64,000 nucleotides of DNA. Source: an uncultured Microthrixaceae bacterium. Lineage in GTDB: Bacteria; Actinomycetota; Acidimicrobiia; Acidimicrobiales; VFJN01. The DNA lies in the NCBI GenBank assembly GCA_963703565.1, contig CAVPEW010000034.1, positions 2,878 to 66,877 of the forward strand. The letters are read 5' to 3'. Positions 14,922-28,372 of this stretch are shown here, in pieces. Position numbers and translations under genes: made by a program. Below the pieces are notes generated by a model. That model was given only the letters and a program-made list of their open reading frames with translations, was not told where the DNA came from and made no database searches. How positions within the stretch are numbered: the stretch's first letter is position 1; every line of letters begins with the position of its first letter.

Positions 14922-16500
14922 TCAGGGGGCGACGCGCAGCGAGGCGGTCGAGAAGGTGCCGTCCAGACGGTGCCGCAGCCCTTCGACCCGCTCCGACACG
15001 ACGGCCTGCACCCGGTACTGCGCGAGCGGGACCACGACCGCCTGGGCGAGCGCCTCGCGCTCGGCCGTCGCCCACGCCTCGGCTGCCGTGTCGCCCTCGG
15101 CTCCTCGCGCCGCGGCGAGCGCACCGTTGACCGAGTTCGAGGCCAGGCCGGTCACGTTGTCGGCGCTCGAGGAGCGCAGCAGCGGATCCAGGTACGCGCC
15201 GGGCGAGGGATACAGGCCGATCCAACCGAAGCTGAACAGCACCGCCTCGCGCTGCGCCACGCGGCGACGAAACGCGGCCCGCTGCTCCGCGTGGACCTCG
15301 GTGGGTATGCCCACCTCGTCGAGCTGCGCGGCGAGCAGCCGGGCCAGGGTCCGCTGATCGGTCGACTCGTCCACGTCGATCCGGACCGTCGGCACCGCCT
15401 TGTCCGGATAGGCCGCGGCCAGCAGCGCGCGGGCCCGGGCCAGGTCGCGCCCACCGCAGCGGTCTGCGCACGTTTCGGCCTGCCGGGCGGGCACCCCGTC
15501 GGGCACGATCGTGGTGGCCGGCTCGGCGAGCGTGGCGTACACCTGGGCCACGAGCTCGTCACGATCCACCGCGGCGGCGATCGCCTGGCGCAGCTCGACG
15601 CGGGCCAGGGTCGGGTCCGAGGCGTTGAGCACGAGGAACGCCTCCGACGCCGAGCGCGCGGTGAGGACCCGGTAGACCCCCGAGCGAGCCGTGGCCAGCG
15701 CTGCGCCGGGCACGATCGCCCAGTCGGCCTCGCCGTCTCCGACTGCCCCATAGGCGGCGTCGGAGTCTTCGAGCTCTCGCACCCGGATCCGCTCGGGACC
15801 CCTCACCCCCGAGCGGCGCTGCAGGTTCAGGCCCGAGGTGTTGGTGTCGCTGACCGCGTAGTCGCCGCTGGCCCCCTCGGGCCGGCCGTGGGCGCGCAGC
15901 CGGGCCACTCCGTACAGCGGGCTCGCCAGCAGCGCCGGGAAGCTCGCTCATCGGCTCGCGCAGCTCGATGCGCACGGCCCGGGGATCGTCGTGGGGCACG
16001 GTGACGCCCGACAGGTGCTCCTCCTGGCCCCCCGCCACCTCGGCGTAGCCCTCGACGACCTCGAGGCGGTTGGCGGCCAGGGAGCCCTCACCGCCCCGGG
16101 CCACGTGATCGAGCATCACCACCACGTCGCGGGCGGTGACGGGATCCCCGTCGACCCAGGTGGCGTCGGGGTCGAGCTCGAAGCGGAACGCGCTGCGGTC
16201 GCGGTTGGCGTTCCACGAGCGCGCCAACGCGGGTTCGGGGGCCCCGTCGGCGCCGATGGTTGTCAGGCTCTCGTAGAGCAGGTCGACGACCTGCATCTGA
16301 CCCGGGTCGGCCGGGTTCACCGCGGAGGGGTCGAGCTGGGCATCGCCGCCCAGGGCCAGGGTGAACGGCTCGGCGGCCGAGTCGGCGTCGGTGCGTTCCT
16401 CGGTGCAGGCCGCCGCGGCCGCGATCGTCACCACGGCGAGGACCGCGCCCAGGCGGCAAGGCCACCTCCGAGCGCGGCCAGCGCTCCCGCGCGCCGGCAC
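14922..16500 (-). CDS. ABC transporter substrate-binding lipoprotein (family 5, peptide/nickel type); apparent +1 frameshift near 15935
   Basis: The N-terminal half is in track ORF 15559..16500 (lipobox ...VTIAAAAAC; ...VDLLYESLTTIGADGAPEPALARSWNANRDRSAFRFELDPDATWVDGDPVTARDV...). The C-terminal half is in ORF 14922..15908. The junction GAG CTT CCC [G]GC GCT GCT restores ..ELPALLASPLYGV... Confidence 0.72.
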
Positions 16501-16504
16501 CCGC

Positions 16505-16735
16505 TCAGTCCAACAGGAAGGCGAGGCCTACCGTGTTGAGCACGAAGGCGAGGGCGACCACGATCGTGATCCGGTCGAGGTTGCGCTCCGCGGCTGCCGA
16601 ACCCAGCGCGGCCGAGCCCGTCGAGCCTCCGAACATGTCGGACAGGCCGCCGCCCTTGCCGCTGTGGAGCAGCACCAGGAAGACCAGCAACCCGCCGGTC
16701 ACGAACTGCACCGCGACGGACAATCCCGTGATCAC
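16505..16735 (-). CDS. secG: Preprotein translocase subunit SecG
   Basis: 76 aa, two TM segments flanking the Gly-rich loop HSGKGGGLSDMFGGSTGSAALGS. It sits downstream of tpiA, as is usual in this cluster. Confidence 0.88.
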   Translation of the reverse strand: MITGLSVAVQFVTGGLLVFLVLLHSGKGGGLSDMFGGSTGSAALGSAAAERNLDRITIVVALAFVLNTVGLAFLLD

Positions 16736-16840
16736 TCTCCGCTCCTCCAGGTCGTGCCGGGCCCGGCGAGGCTACCAGCGCGGCGACGCGCCGCCCCGAG
16801 CGCCCGCTGCCACACCCGTCCGGGCCGGGTCGGGTCCGGC

Positions 16841-17869
16841 TCAGGTGCCGGGCAGGAAGTGGCAGGCCACCGGGTGGCCGGCGCCGTCGTGCGCCTCCAG
16901 GGCCGGTTCGAGCTGTGAGCACGCCGATGTGTCGCTGCCCGCCGCGTCGAGCTCGGCCTTGCGCCAGCACCGGGTGCGGAACCGGCAACCCGAGGGCGGA
17001 TCCGCGGGGCTGGGCAGGTCGCCTTGGAGCAGGATGCGCCGGCGCGTGCGCTCCGTGACCGGATCGGGCACCGGGATGGCCGACAGCAGCGCCCGGGTGT
17101 AGGGGTGCGCCGGGTGCTGGTAGAGCTCCTCCTTGGGGCCCTCCTCGACGATCTTGCCCAGGTACATCACCGCCACCCGGTCGGCGATGTGGCGCACCAC
17201 GGACAGGTCGTGGGCGATGAACAGGTAGGCCAGTCCCAACTCGTCGCGCAGGCGCCCGAGCAGGTTGACGATCCCCGCCTGGATCGACACGTCGAGCGCC
17301 GACACCGGCTCGTCGAGCACGATCAGCTCCGGCTCGAGCGCCAGGGCGCGGGCGATGCCGACCCGTTGGCGCTGCCCGCCGGAGAACTCGTGGGGGAACC
17401 GGTTGGCGTGCTCGGGCGACAGGCCGACCAGGGTGAGCAGCTCCTGGACCCGTTCGCGGCAGCGCGCGGCATTCCAGCCGAAGTGGACCTTGAGCGGCTC
17501 GGCGAGGGCGGTGCCGACCTGCATCCTGGGGTTGAGGGACGCGTAGGGGTCCTGGAACACGATCTGGAACCGACGCCGGGCCTCCGACAGCGCCTTGCCA
17601 CGCAGCGGGCTGATGGGCACCCCGTCGAACTCCACCGTGCCCGACGTCGGGCGGATCAGGTTCAACAGCAGGCGGCCCGTGGTGGACTTGCCGCAGCCGG
17701 ATTCGCCAACGAGGCCCAGCGTCTCGCCTCGCCCGACGCTGAGGCTGACGCCGGCCACAGCCGACACGCGGCCCACAGCGCGGCCCAGCACGCCGCCGCG
17801 CACGGGGAAGTCCTTGACCAGGTCGCGTGCCACTACCAGGGGCTCGTCGACCGGCGCCGCGGTGCTCAC
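16841..17869 (-). CDS. Peptide/nickel ABC transporter ATP-binding protein (OppF/DppF-like)
   Basis: Walker [10 protein letters not shown], signature FSGGQRQRV, Walker [13 protein letters not shown], and a C-terminal oligopeptide-type extension. The GTG start at 17869 overlaps the upstream stop (GTGA). Confidence 0.88.
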   Translation of the reverse strand: MSTAAPVDEPLVVARDLVKDFPVRGGVLGRAVGRVSAVAGVSLSVGRGETLGLVGESGCGKSTTGRLLLNLIRPTSGTVEFDGVPISPLRGKALSEARRRFQIVFQDPYASLNPRMQVGTALAEPLKVHFGWNAARCRERVQELLTLVGLSPEHANRFPHEFSGGQRQRVGIARALALEPELIVLDEPVSALDVSIQAGIVNLLGRLRDELGLAYLFIAHDLSVVRHIADRVAVMYLGKIVEEGPKEELYQHPAHPYTRALLSAIPVPDPVTERTRRRILLQGDLPSPADPPSGCRFRTRCWRKAELDAAGSDTSACSQLEPALEAHDGAGHPVACHFLPGT

Positions 17870-18954
17870 TCCGCCACCTCGTCGACGACGACCGAGTCGC
17901 CACCGTCGGACTCCCGCGAGGCCGCCAGGTCCTCGACGTCGACCTCGCCGACCTCCTCGGCGAAGTGGCAGGCCGCCAGGTGGCTGTCGCCGTCGACGAG
18001 GCGCAGGGCGGGTACCTCGGTGTCGCACAGGCCGGGCACGCGAGCGAAGCGACAGCGGGGGTGGAACGCGCAGCCCGGCGGCTTGCGGATCAGCGACGGC
18101 GGTGTTCCCGGGATGGGCACCAGGGGTCGACCCATGTCGTCATCCATGCGGGGCAGGCTGGCCAGCAGCCCGAGCGTGTAGGGGTGGCGGTGACCGTAGA
18201 AGACCTCGTCGGTGGTGCCCTGCTCGGCCTGGCGACCGGCGTACATCACCATCACCCGGTCGGCGACGCCCGCGACCACGCCCAGGTCGTGGGTGATCAG
18301 CATCATCGCCGAGTCGATCTCGTCCTTGATCTCGATCAGCACCTCGAGCACCTGGGCCTGCACTGTCACGTCGAGCGCGGTGGTGGGCTCGTCGGCGATG
18401 AGCAGGTCCGGCTTGCAGCAGATCGCCATCGCGATCATCGCGCGCTGGCGCATCCCGCCCGAGAACTCGTGGGGGTACATCCGGGCCCGCTCGCCTGGTT
18501 CGGGTATGCCGACCAGGTCGAGCATCTCCACCGCGCGCCGCATGGCGGACCGACGGTCGAGGCCTTCGTGGATCCGCGCCATCTCGGCGACCTGGCGCCC
18601 CACGGTGTGCACCGGGTTCAGCGCGGTGAGCGGATCCTGGAAGATCATGGCGATCTGCCCCCCGCGGATGCGGCGCCGGTCGCCCTCGCGCATGGTGAGC
18701 AGGTCTTCGCCCTTCCACCAGATCGAGCCGGACTCGACCACGATCTCGGGCATCAGCCCCATGATCGTCATGGCGGTCACCGACTTGCCCGAGCCGGACT
18801 CGCCCACCACGGCGAACACCTCGCCTCGGCCGATGTCGAAGCTGACACCGTCCACGGCGCGCACGGTCCCGTCATCGGTCACGAAGCCCGCGCGCAGGTC
18901 CCGCACCGACAGGAGGGTCCGGTCGCCCGGAGCGGAGGAGGCGATGGAGCTCAC
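17866..18954 (-). CDS. Peptide/nickel ABC transporter ATP-binding protein (OppD/DppD-like)
   Basis: Walker [10 protein letters not shown], signature FSGGMRQRA, Walker [13 protein letters not shown]. The GTG start at 18954 overlaps the upstream stop. Confidence 0.88.
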   Translation of the reverse strand: MSSIASSAPGDRTLLSVRDLRAGFVTDDGTVRAVDGVSFDIGRGEVFAVVGESGSGKSVTAMTIMGLMPEIVVESGSIWWKGEDLLTMREGDRRRIRGGQIAMIFQDPLTALNPVHTVGRQVAEMARIHEGLDRRSAMRRAVEMLDLVGIPEPGERARMYPHEFSGGMRQRAMIAMAICCKPDLLIADEPTTALDVTVQAQVLEVLIEIKDEIDSAMMLITHDLGVVAGVADRVMVMYAGRQAEQGTTDEVFYGHRHPYTLGLLASLPRMDDDMGRPLVPIPGTPPSLIRKPPGCAFHPRCRFARVPGLCDTEVPALRLVDGDSHLAACHFAEEVGEVDVEDLAASRESDGGDSVVVDEVAE

Positions 18955-19886
18955 TTGAGCTTGGGGTCCAGCGCGTCGCGCAGGCCGTCGCCGATGAACA
19001 CGAAGCACAGCACGGTGATGAAGATCGCCCCGCCCGGGAACAGGAGCAGGTGGGGGGCGTTGGTTAGCTGACCGGCCCCGTCGGCGACCATCAGCCCCCA
19101 GGCCGGCGTGGGGAACTGGGGCCCGACCCCCAGGAACGACAGGGCCGCCTCGCTGAGGATGACGCTGCCGACGGTCACGGTGCCGTACACGATGATCGGT
19201 TGCAGGGCGTTGGGCAGGATGTGGCGGAACATGATCCGCCGGCGCGAGTACCCGAGAGCCTGGGCGGCTTCGACGTACTCGAGCTGCTTGAGGGACAGGA
19301 AGCTCGCCCGCACGATGCGGCACACGCCCAGCCATCCGGTCAACCCGAGCACGAGGATGATCGCGTTCTCGCTGCGGCCGAACACGGTCGCGATCGCGAT
19401 CGCCAGGACGATGTAGGGCACGGCGAGCAGCACATCGGTGAGGCGCATCACCACGGTGTCGAGCAGGCCGCCGAAGTATCCCGCGACCGAGCCGAGGAAC
19501 AGTCCGACGCCGAGCGACAGCGCTGTGGCCAGCACGCCGATCCGCAACGACACGCGCGCGCCGTAGACGACGCGGGAGAACACGTCGTAGCCGGCGATGT
19601 CGGTGCCGAAGCGGTGGTCACCGAACAGGTCGGGGCTCAGGCGGGACTGGCCCGACGCCCGCTCGTCGAACCCGTAGGGAGCGATCAGCGGGGCGAAGAT
19701 CGCCATCAGCACCAGCAGGATCAACACGACCAGGCCCACCATCGCGAGCCGGTTGCGCCGAAAGCGCCGCCACACGTCGGCGCGCATCGGGCGAGCCAGG
19801 CCCAGCTCCGCGCCGGGGTCGGTCAGACCAGGGCCGGTCGCGACGCCGAACCCGGCGCCACCGGCGTCGGGTTCGACGAGGGTCAC
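18951..19886 (-). CDS. ABC transporter permease (OppC/DppC-like)
   Basis: Contains ...YVEAAQALGYSRRRIMFRHILPNALQPIIV... (EAA loop) and multiple TM segments. The GTG start at 19886 overlaps the upstream stop. The track ORF 18951..20909 is over-extended. Confidence 0.85.
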   Translation of the reverse strand: MTLVEPDAGGAGFGVATGPGLTDPGAELGLARPMRADVWRRFRRNRLAMVGLVVLILLVLMAIFAPLIAPYGFDERASGQSRLSPDLFGDHRFGTDIAGYDVFSRVVYGARVSLRIGVLATALSLGVGLFLGSVAGYFGGLLDTVVMRLTDVLLAVPYIVLAIAIATVFGRSENAIILVLGLTGWLGVCRIVRASFLSLKQLEYVEAAQALGYSRRRIMFRHILPNALQPIIVYGTVTVGSVILSEAALSFLGVGPQFPTPAWGLMVADGAGQLTNAPHLLLFPGGAIFITVLCFVFIGDGLRDALDPKLK

Positions 19887-20893
19887 CTCGCCGCCTCCTT
19901 TCCGTAGCGGATCCGGGGGTCGAACAGGGCGTAGGAGAGGTCCACCAGCAGGTTCACCACCGAGTAGACGATGACCACGGCCAGGGTGAGGCCGAGCACC
20001 ACGGGTAGGTCGCGTTGGCTCACGGCGTCGGCGATCTCGGACCCCAGCCCAGGCCAGGAGAACACCGACTCGGTGAGCACGGCCACCCCGATGGCGGTGC
20101 CCAGGTCGAGGCCGAGCAGGGTGATGATCGGGAGCATGGCGTTGCGCAGGCCGTGGCCCAGGATGACCTGACGTTCGCGCAGGCCCTTGGCCCGTGCCGT
20201 GCGCATGTAGTCGGCGCGCATGACCTCGAGCATCGAACCTCGGGTCATCCGGGTGGCCAGGGCCGTCGAGACGCACGCGAGGGTGAGGGCGGGCAGGATC
20301 AGGTGGCGCAGCTGCTCGACGCTGCCCGGCAGGAAGAACAGGTTCCAGTCGTCGGGTCCGATGCGTGACGTGCGCATTCGCATCCACTCCGGCCACTCGT
20401 GCTTGTTGGGATAGACCGCGAAGCCGTACTGGAGCACGAACCCGAGCACGAACGCCGGCACGGCCGACAGCGCGGCCGTGCCGATGGTGGTGAGCCGGTC
20501 GCCGATGGAGTACCGCCGCACCGCGGACAGGATCCCGACCCCCAGGCCGACGACGATCTCGATGGCGATCGCCCAGAACCCCAGTCGCATGCTGTTGACG
20601 GCCTTGTCGCCGAGGATCTCGTTGACGCTGCGGCCGCTGAGGAAGGACTCGCCGAGGTCCCACTGCAGCGTGCGCTGCCAGTAGTCGCCAAACTGCACGA
20701 TGAGCGGGTCGTCCAGTCCGTATCGCTCTCGGGCCCGCTCGACCACGCCGGGGTCGGGGGTGCGGTCGGATCCGCCGACGATCTGGTTGGTGATGTCGCC
20801 GGGCAGGGCGAACATCAACAAGAACAGCATCGACAGGGCCAGGAACACAGTCGGCACGATCAGCAGCACCCGACGGATCGTGTAGCTCACCAT
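19883..20893 (-). CDS. ABC transporter permease (OppB/DppB-like)
   Basis: 336 aa, beginning MVSYTIRRVLLIVPTVFLALSMLF..., with ...YMRTARAKGLRERQVILGHGLRNAMLPIITL... (EAA loop). Confidence 0.88.
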   Translation of the reverse strand: MVSYTIRRVLLIVPTVFLALSMLFLLMFALPGDITNQIVGGSDRTPDPGVVERARERYGLDDPLIVQFGDYWQRTLQWDLGESFLSGRSVNEILGDKAVNSMRLGFWAIAIEIVVGLGVGILSAVRRYSIGDRLTTIGTAALSAVPAFVLGFVLQYGFAVYPNKHEWPEWMRMRTSRIGPDDWNLFFLPGSVEQLRHLILPALTLACVSTALATRMTRGSMLEVMRADYMRTARAKGLRERQVILGHGLRNAMLPIITLLGLDLGTAIGVAVLTESVFSWPGLGSEIADAVSQRDLPVVLGLTLAVVIVYSVVNLLVDLSYALFDPRIRYGKEAAR

Positions 20894-20985
20894 GGAAGCA
20901 GCGCCTCACCCCTTCGTTCGTGCTCGGGTGGGACCGGGCCGGGGTCGCACGACCCCGGCCCGCAACGGTCTCGACGCCCTGCCGG

Positions 20986-22662
20986 TCAGCCGGCCAGCGT
21001 GACCTGCTCCCACAGGATCAACCCGAAGTTGGTCTGCGGGAAGTTCGTGACCTTGTCACCGTCGTAGACGTAGTCGCCTCGGTACCAGTAGATGGGAACG
21101 ACGCCGGTGTCCTCGTTGAGCAGGACCTGCTCGGCCTGCTGGAACAGGCTGGCCTGCTCTTCGGGGTCGACGGTGCGCTTGGCCTCGTCGACCAGCCCGT
21201 CGAACTTCTCGTTCGAGTAGCCGAAGTTGTTGCCCCCGATCGAGTCGGAGTGGAACAGGTCGTACATGAAGTTGTCGTAGGTGGGATAGTCCGCGAACCA
21301 GCCCGTACGGCAGATCACGCACGCACCGTCGGAGAGCTGCGAGAAGTAGGTCTTGGCCTCGAGCGGGTCGGCTTTGGCGTCGATGCCCACGGCGTTGAGG
21401 TTGTCGACCATGATCGCCACCAGGGGCTCGTTGCCCTGGTCGACGGGGAACTGGATGGTCACCGGCTCGCTCTGGGTGTTGCCGGCGGCCTTCCACTCGG
21501 CCAGCGCCGCCTTGGCGCCGTCGGGGTCGTAGGAGCAGAACTCGCAGAGGCCCTCCTTGAACCCGGGTATGCCGGGCGGGGTGACCCCGGTCGAGATCGT
21601 GCGGCTGCCCTCGTTGACCGAGTCGTTTATGTCCTCGCGGTCGACGGCCATGGAGATCGCCTCGCGCAGCTTCTGGTTCTGCGGCCCGCCGACGAGCGGG
21701 TTCCGTTCGTCGATGCTGAAGTGGTACGAGCCCAGGATCTGGGTGTCGAGGGTCGTGGACCAGTTCTCCTTGGCCTCCGAGACCCGGCCCGGGGGCAGGT
21801 TGGCGTCGTCGCCCTCGCCGGCCTCGAACGAGTTGTAGGACGTGTCGGGATCCTCGGTGACCCTGAAGGTGATCTTGTCGAGCCTGTCGGGCCAGGTCTC
21901 CCCGTTGATGTCGCCGGTCCACTCGTCGTTCTTGACCAGCACGATCTCGTCGTCGGTGCGTGCCCCGGCCAGCTTGTAGGGGCCGTTGCCGATCATGACG
22001 CCGTTCTCCCAGTCGGCCGGGCTCTCCAGCGCAGCCTCGGGCACCGGGTAGAAGAGCTGGAAGCCTGCCACTGCATCGAAGTTGGAGTACGGGGCGCTGA
22101 GCGTGACGGTCAGGGTCATGGCTGCGTCGTCGGCGGCAACCCCGGCGAGGGTGTCCGCGGTGCCGTCGAGCTTCTCGGCGCCGCCCTGGATGAAGTTCAT
22201 CAGGTAGCTGTAGTCGCCGGCGAAGTCGGGGTCCGACGCACGCTCCCAGGAGGCCTGGAAGGTGCTGGGCAGGATCTCCTCGCCGTTGGAGAAGTGCATC
22301 CCCTCCCGGATCTTGAAGGTCCACACGCTGGCGTCGTCGTTGGAGCTGTAGGACTCGGCCACGACCGGCTTGACCTCGGGGTTGTCCGGGTCGGAGGCGT
22401 CGACGTCGGTGAGCCCGTCGTAGAGGGCGTTGACGACCTGGTAGGCGTCGATGGTGGTGTTGAGCGCCGGGTCGATGTGCTCGGGCGGGTCGCCGACGAA
22501 CGTGCCGAGGTCGACGAACTCACCGCCCGCGGCTCCCTGGGACGTGGGCTCCTCGGCGGCGGTGTCGCCGCCATCGTCGTCGTCGTCGCCGCACGCGGCG
22601 GCGAACAGGGACATGCCCAACACGATGGCGAGGAGCTGTGCGCCTCTCCGCTTGGTTCTCAC
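20986..22662 (-). CDS. ABC transporter substrate-binding lipoprotein (family 5)
   Basis: 558 aa with signal/lipobox ...LGMSLFAAAC followed by an acidic linker. The body is typical of SBP_bac_5 proteins (...YDGLTDVD...WTFKIREGMHFSNGEEI...). Confidence 0.88.
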   Translation of the reverse strand: MRTKRRGAQLLAIVLGMSLFAAACGDDDDDGGDTAAEEPTSQGAAGGEFVDLGTFVGDPPEHIDPALNTTIDAYQVVNALYDGLTDVDASDPDNPEVKPVVAESYSSNDDASVWTFKIREGMHFSNGEEILPSTFQASWERASDPDFAGDYSYLMNFIQGGAEKLDGTADTLAGVAADDAAMTLTVTLSAPYSNFDAVAGFQLFYPVPEAALESPADWENGVMIGNGPYKLAGARTDDEIVLVKNDEWTGDINGETWPDRLDKITFRVTEDPDTSYNSFEAGEGDDANLPPGRVSEAKENWSTTLDTQILGSYHFSIDERNPLVGGPQNQKLREAISMAVDREDINDSVNEGSRTISTGVTPPGIPGFKEGLCEFCSYDPDGAKAALAEWKAAGNTQSEPVTIQFPVDQGNEPLVAIMVDNLNAVGIDAKADPLEAKTYFSQLSDGACVICRTGWFADYPTYDNFMYDLFHSDSIGGNNFGYSNEKFDGLVDEAKRTVDPEEQASLFQQAEQVLLNEDTGVVPIYWYRGDYVYDGDKVTNFPQTNFGLILWEQVTLAG

Positions 22663-22822
22663 GTCGTGGTCCTCCTTGCAGATGGCTGCTGGGCATCCGG
22701 GCGATCAGCGCGCTGCGCTCGACCTAGGCCCGATCGGGCGCCGCCTGGGTGGGGGGATCATCCAGCGAGCGCCCGTCAGGCAGCCGACGCTAACAGCACG
22801 GCGTGAAACCGCCGTGGGACCC

Positions 22823-25843
<3,021 letters not shown>

Positions 25844-26708
25844 TCAGACCAGCTGTGCGAGGACCGAGCCCAGCTTGGCGGGGTCGTGCGCCCGCCCGCC
25901 TCGGCTCGCGATGTCGGCCTCGACCACCTCGCAGCCCGGTGCACCCACGGGCAGGGCACCAAGCTGGGTGACCACGACGTGGGGGTGCACGCCGTGGGCG
26001 GCGAGGGCGGCCAGGTGGGCGGTCACGTCGTAGCCGCGGGTCTCCGCGGACTCGGCGTGCAGGTTGCACACGTAGACGACGCGGGCCTCGGAGTCGGCGA
26101 GGTGTCGGCGCAGGTCGCCCACCACCGCGGCGGCCAGCACGCTGGTGAACAGCGACCCGGGGCCGAGCACGACCTGGTCGGCGGCCATCACCGCTGCCGA
26201 GGCGCGGGGATCGCACACCGTGGCGCGCGGTTCCACCCAGACCTCCTCGACGCCTTCGGAGAGCGCGACGGCCACCTGGCCCTCCACGCGCCTGCCACCG
26301 GCGCGCGCCACCAACACGACGGGGTCCTCGGCGACGGGAACCACCCGTGCCCGGTCGGCTCGGATGCCGACCAGGGCGGCGAGCTCGTCGACGGCGAGGT
26401 GGAACCGGCCGAGCTCCTCGGTGAGCGCCAGCAGCAACAGGTTTCCCACGGCGTGGCCGTCGAGCTGCACCCGCGTCGAAGCGGCGTTCGAGCAGGCGCG
26501 ACCACACCAGCGACGGGTCGGCCAGCGCGGACAGGCACCGGCGCACGTCTCCGGGGGCGGGCACGTCCCACGCGGCGCGCAGGCGCCCGGTGGAGCCGCC
26601 GTCGTCGGCGGTGGCGACCACTGCGGTGAGGTGCGACGCGTAGCCGGCCGTGGCCCTCAGGGTGCAGGCCAGACCGTGCCCGCCGCCCACCGCGACGACC
26701 CGGCTCAC
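25844..26708 (-). CDS. YvcK/CofD-like gluconeogenesis-factor family protein; apparent +1 frameshift near 26472
   Basis: The N-terminus reads MSRVVAVGGGHGLACTLRA...VVATADDGGSTGRLR...PGDVRRCLSAL. The remainder is in track ORF 25844..26470 (..DGHAVGNLLLLALTE...). The start overlaps the rapZ stop by 4 nt. Confidence 0.8.
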
Positions 26709-27559
26709 CGTTGCAGGTCCCGGTGGGTGACCGCTACCTGCACGGCGCGCGCACGGAGTCGCTCTGCGACGCTCTCTGCGATCGCCACGCTGCGGTGGCG
26801 GCCCCCCGTGCAGCCGAAGGCGACCGTCAGATAGGCGCGCCCCTCGTCGCGCAGGGCGGGCACGACGACCGCGAGCAGCTCGTCGACGATCTCGACGAAG
26901 GCGGTCGCCTCGGGGCGGGAGACCACGTACCGGGCTACCTCGGCGTCGAGCCCGGTCAGGGGCCGGAGCTCTTCGACCCAGTGCGGGTTGGGCAGGAATC
27001 GGCAGTCCAGCACCATGTCGACGTCGACGGGCAGCCCGTGCTTGTAGCCGAACGACGACACCGTCACGTGCAGCTCCGACCCGGTGCCGTCGGTGGCGAA
27101 CAGCTCACCGACTCGGCGGCGCAGCTCGTGGACGTTGAGCGTGCTGGTGTCGACCACCACGTCGGCGTCGGCGCGCACCGGTTCGAACAGGAGGCGCTCG
27201 CGCTCGATGGCCTCGGTGAGGCTCCCGCCCGGGCGCACGAGCGGGTGTCGTCGCCGCGTGTGCTCGTAGCGGCGCACGAGGGTGTCGGTCGACGCGTCGA
27301 GGAACAGGACCCTCACGGTGGCTCCCGAGTGGCGCAGCGCGTCCAGGGCGGGCGGGATCTGGTCGAGCTCGGCGCCTGCGCGCAGCACCAGCGCGACCCT
27401 CGTCGGGCGCGTGCCGGGCCCGGCGGCGAGCTCGGCGACCTTGGGGATCAGCTCGGCGGGCAGGTTGTCGATGACGAACCAGCCAAGGTCCTCGAGATCT
27501 CCCGCCGCCTCGCTGCGTCCCGCTCCGGACAATCCGGTGATGACCACGAACTCGTCCAT
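26705..27559 (-). CDS. rapZ: RNase adapter / nucleotide-binding protein RapZ (YvcJ)
   Basis: Contains MDEFVVITGLSGAGRSEAAGDLEDLGWFVIDNLP... (P-loop) and ...FGCTGGRHRSVAIAE... near the C-terminus. Confidence 0.88.
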   Translation of the reverse strand: MDEFVVITGLSGAGRSEAAGDLEDLGWFVIDNLPAELIPKVAELAAGPGTRPTRVALVLRAGAELDQIPPALDALRHSGATVRVLFLDASTDTLVRRYEHTRRRHPLVRPGGSLTEAIERERLLFEPVRADADVVVDTSTLNVHELRRRVGELFATDGTGSELHVTVSSFGYKHGLPVDVDMVLDCRFLPNPHWVEELRPLTGLDAEVARYVVSRPEATAFVEIVDELLAVVVPALRDEGRAYLTVAFGCTGGRHRSVAIAESVAERLRARAVQVAVTHRDLQR

Positions 27560-27622
27560 CTACGAGCAGGCTACGGGACCGTCGCGCCCGGCGTGGCGGT
27601 CGACTGGCGGGGCGCGGCCGGA

Positions 27623-28372
27623 TCAGACCCGGTGGCAGCGGAGGTAGAGCAGCCGAGGGATCGTGGCGGCGGCGCGGTACTCCTGGGCGCGTGCGAGGAA
27701 CCCCGGGGGCGGGGCGGGCTCGGCGAGGTGGTCGAGGGCCAGACCGGCGCCGAGCAGCGCGTTGACGTAGCGGTGCAGGGGCCGGTGGATGAACGGGATG
27801 TGCACCCCGGGTTCGACCTCTTCGACGGTGCGGTCCTCGACGAGGTACTCGCCGATGCGCCAGTACTGCTCGGGCGGGTCGAGCACCTGGTCGTCGATCC
27901 ACCCGCTGCCCGGCGTCTGCAGCAGCGGGTGGTTCAAGAAGAACAGGAGGCGGCCGCCCGTCACGAGCACGCGGGCCACCTCGGCGATGGCGGCGTCGAT
28001 CTCGACGATGTGCTCGAAGACCAGGCAGGCCACCACCGCGTCGAAGCTGGCATCGGCGACCGGCAGAGCAGCCGCGGCGGCACGGGCGTAGAGCGCGCCT
28101 CCGCCCCGGCGGGCGGCCTCGGCCACCTGGGCCGCGGTCGGGTCCACGCCGAGGGCGAGCCAGGCGCCGCCGCCGAGCGCGAGTCGGGCGATCTGGCCTT
28201 CGCCGGTGCCCACGTCGAGCACCCGGCGGGCGCCGGCGAGGTCGGCTGCCGCCATGGGCAGGATCTGCTCGACGTACTCGGGATCGGCACCTTGGCTGAA
28301 GCCGTCCTGCCACCAGCGCGCGTGACGCTCCCACAGGTCGCCGGGTTCGGAGTCGCCGGGGTCGGGGCTCAA
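27623..28372 (-). CDS. Class I SAM-dependent methyltransferase
   Basis: This is the 3' part of track ORF 27623..30253. It contains ...RVLDVGTGEGQIARL... (motif I) and ...DAVVACLVFEHIVE...LVTGGRLLFF.... The putative TTG start at 28372 overlaps the uvrC stop (TTGA). The start is uncertain. Confidence 0.7.
   Translation of the reverse strand: MSPDPGDSEPGDLWERHARWWQDGFSQGADPEYVEQILPMAAADLAGARRVLDVGTGEGQIARLALGGGAWLALGVDPTAAQVAEAARRGGGALYARAAAAALPVADASFDAVVACLVFEHIVEIDAAIAEVARVLVTGGRLLFFLNHPLLQTPGSGWIDDQVLDPPEQYWRIGEYLVEDRTVEEVEPGVHIPFIHRPLHRYVNALLGAGLALDHLAEPAPPPGFLARAQEYRAAATIPRLLYLRCHRV

Noticed and set aside
14653-15471. ORFs overlapping the tRNA region (14653..15471 minus, 14698..15357 plus, 14667..14897 minus)
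   Set aside because: They read through the tRNA-Leu gene. The SEGGLEPP peptide is simply the translated T-arm. They also run antisense to the binding-protein gene. The same peptide at the end of ORF 47..565 flagged the att repeat rather than a protein.
22797-22816. Hairpin CACGGCG-n6-CGCCGTG just downstream of tpiA as an intrinsic terminator
   Set aside because: It has only a 7-bp stem and no convincing U-tract, and similar short GC hairpins are expected by chance at this GC content. It is not reported as a feature.
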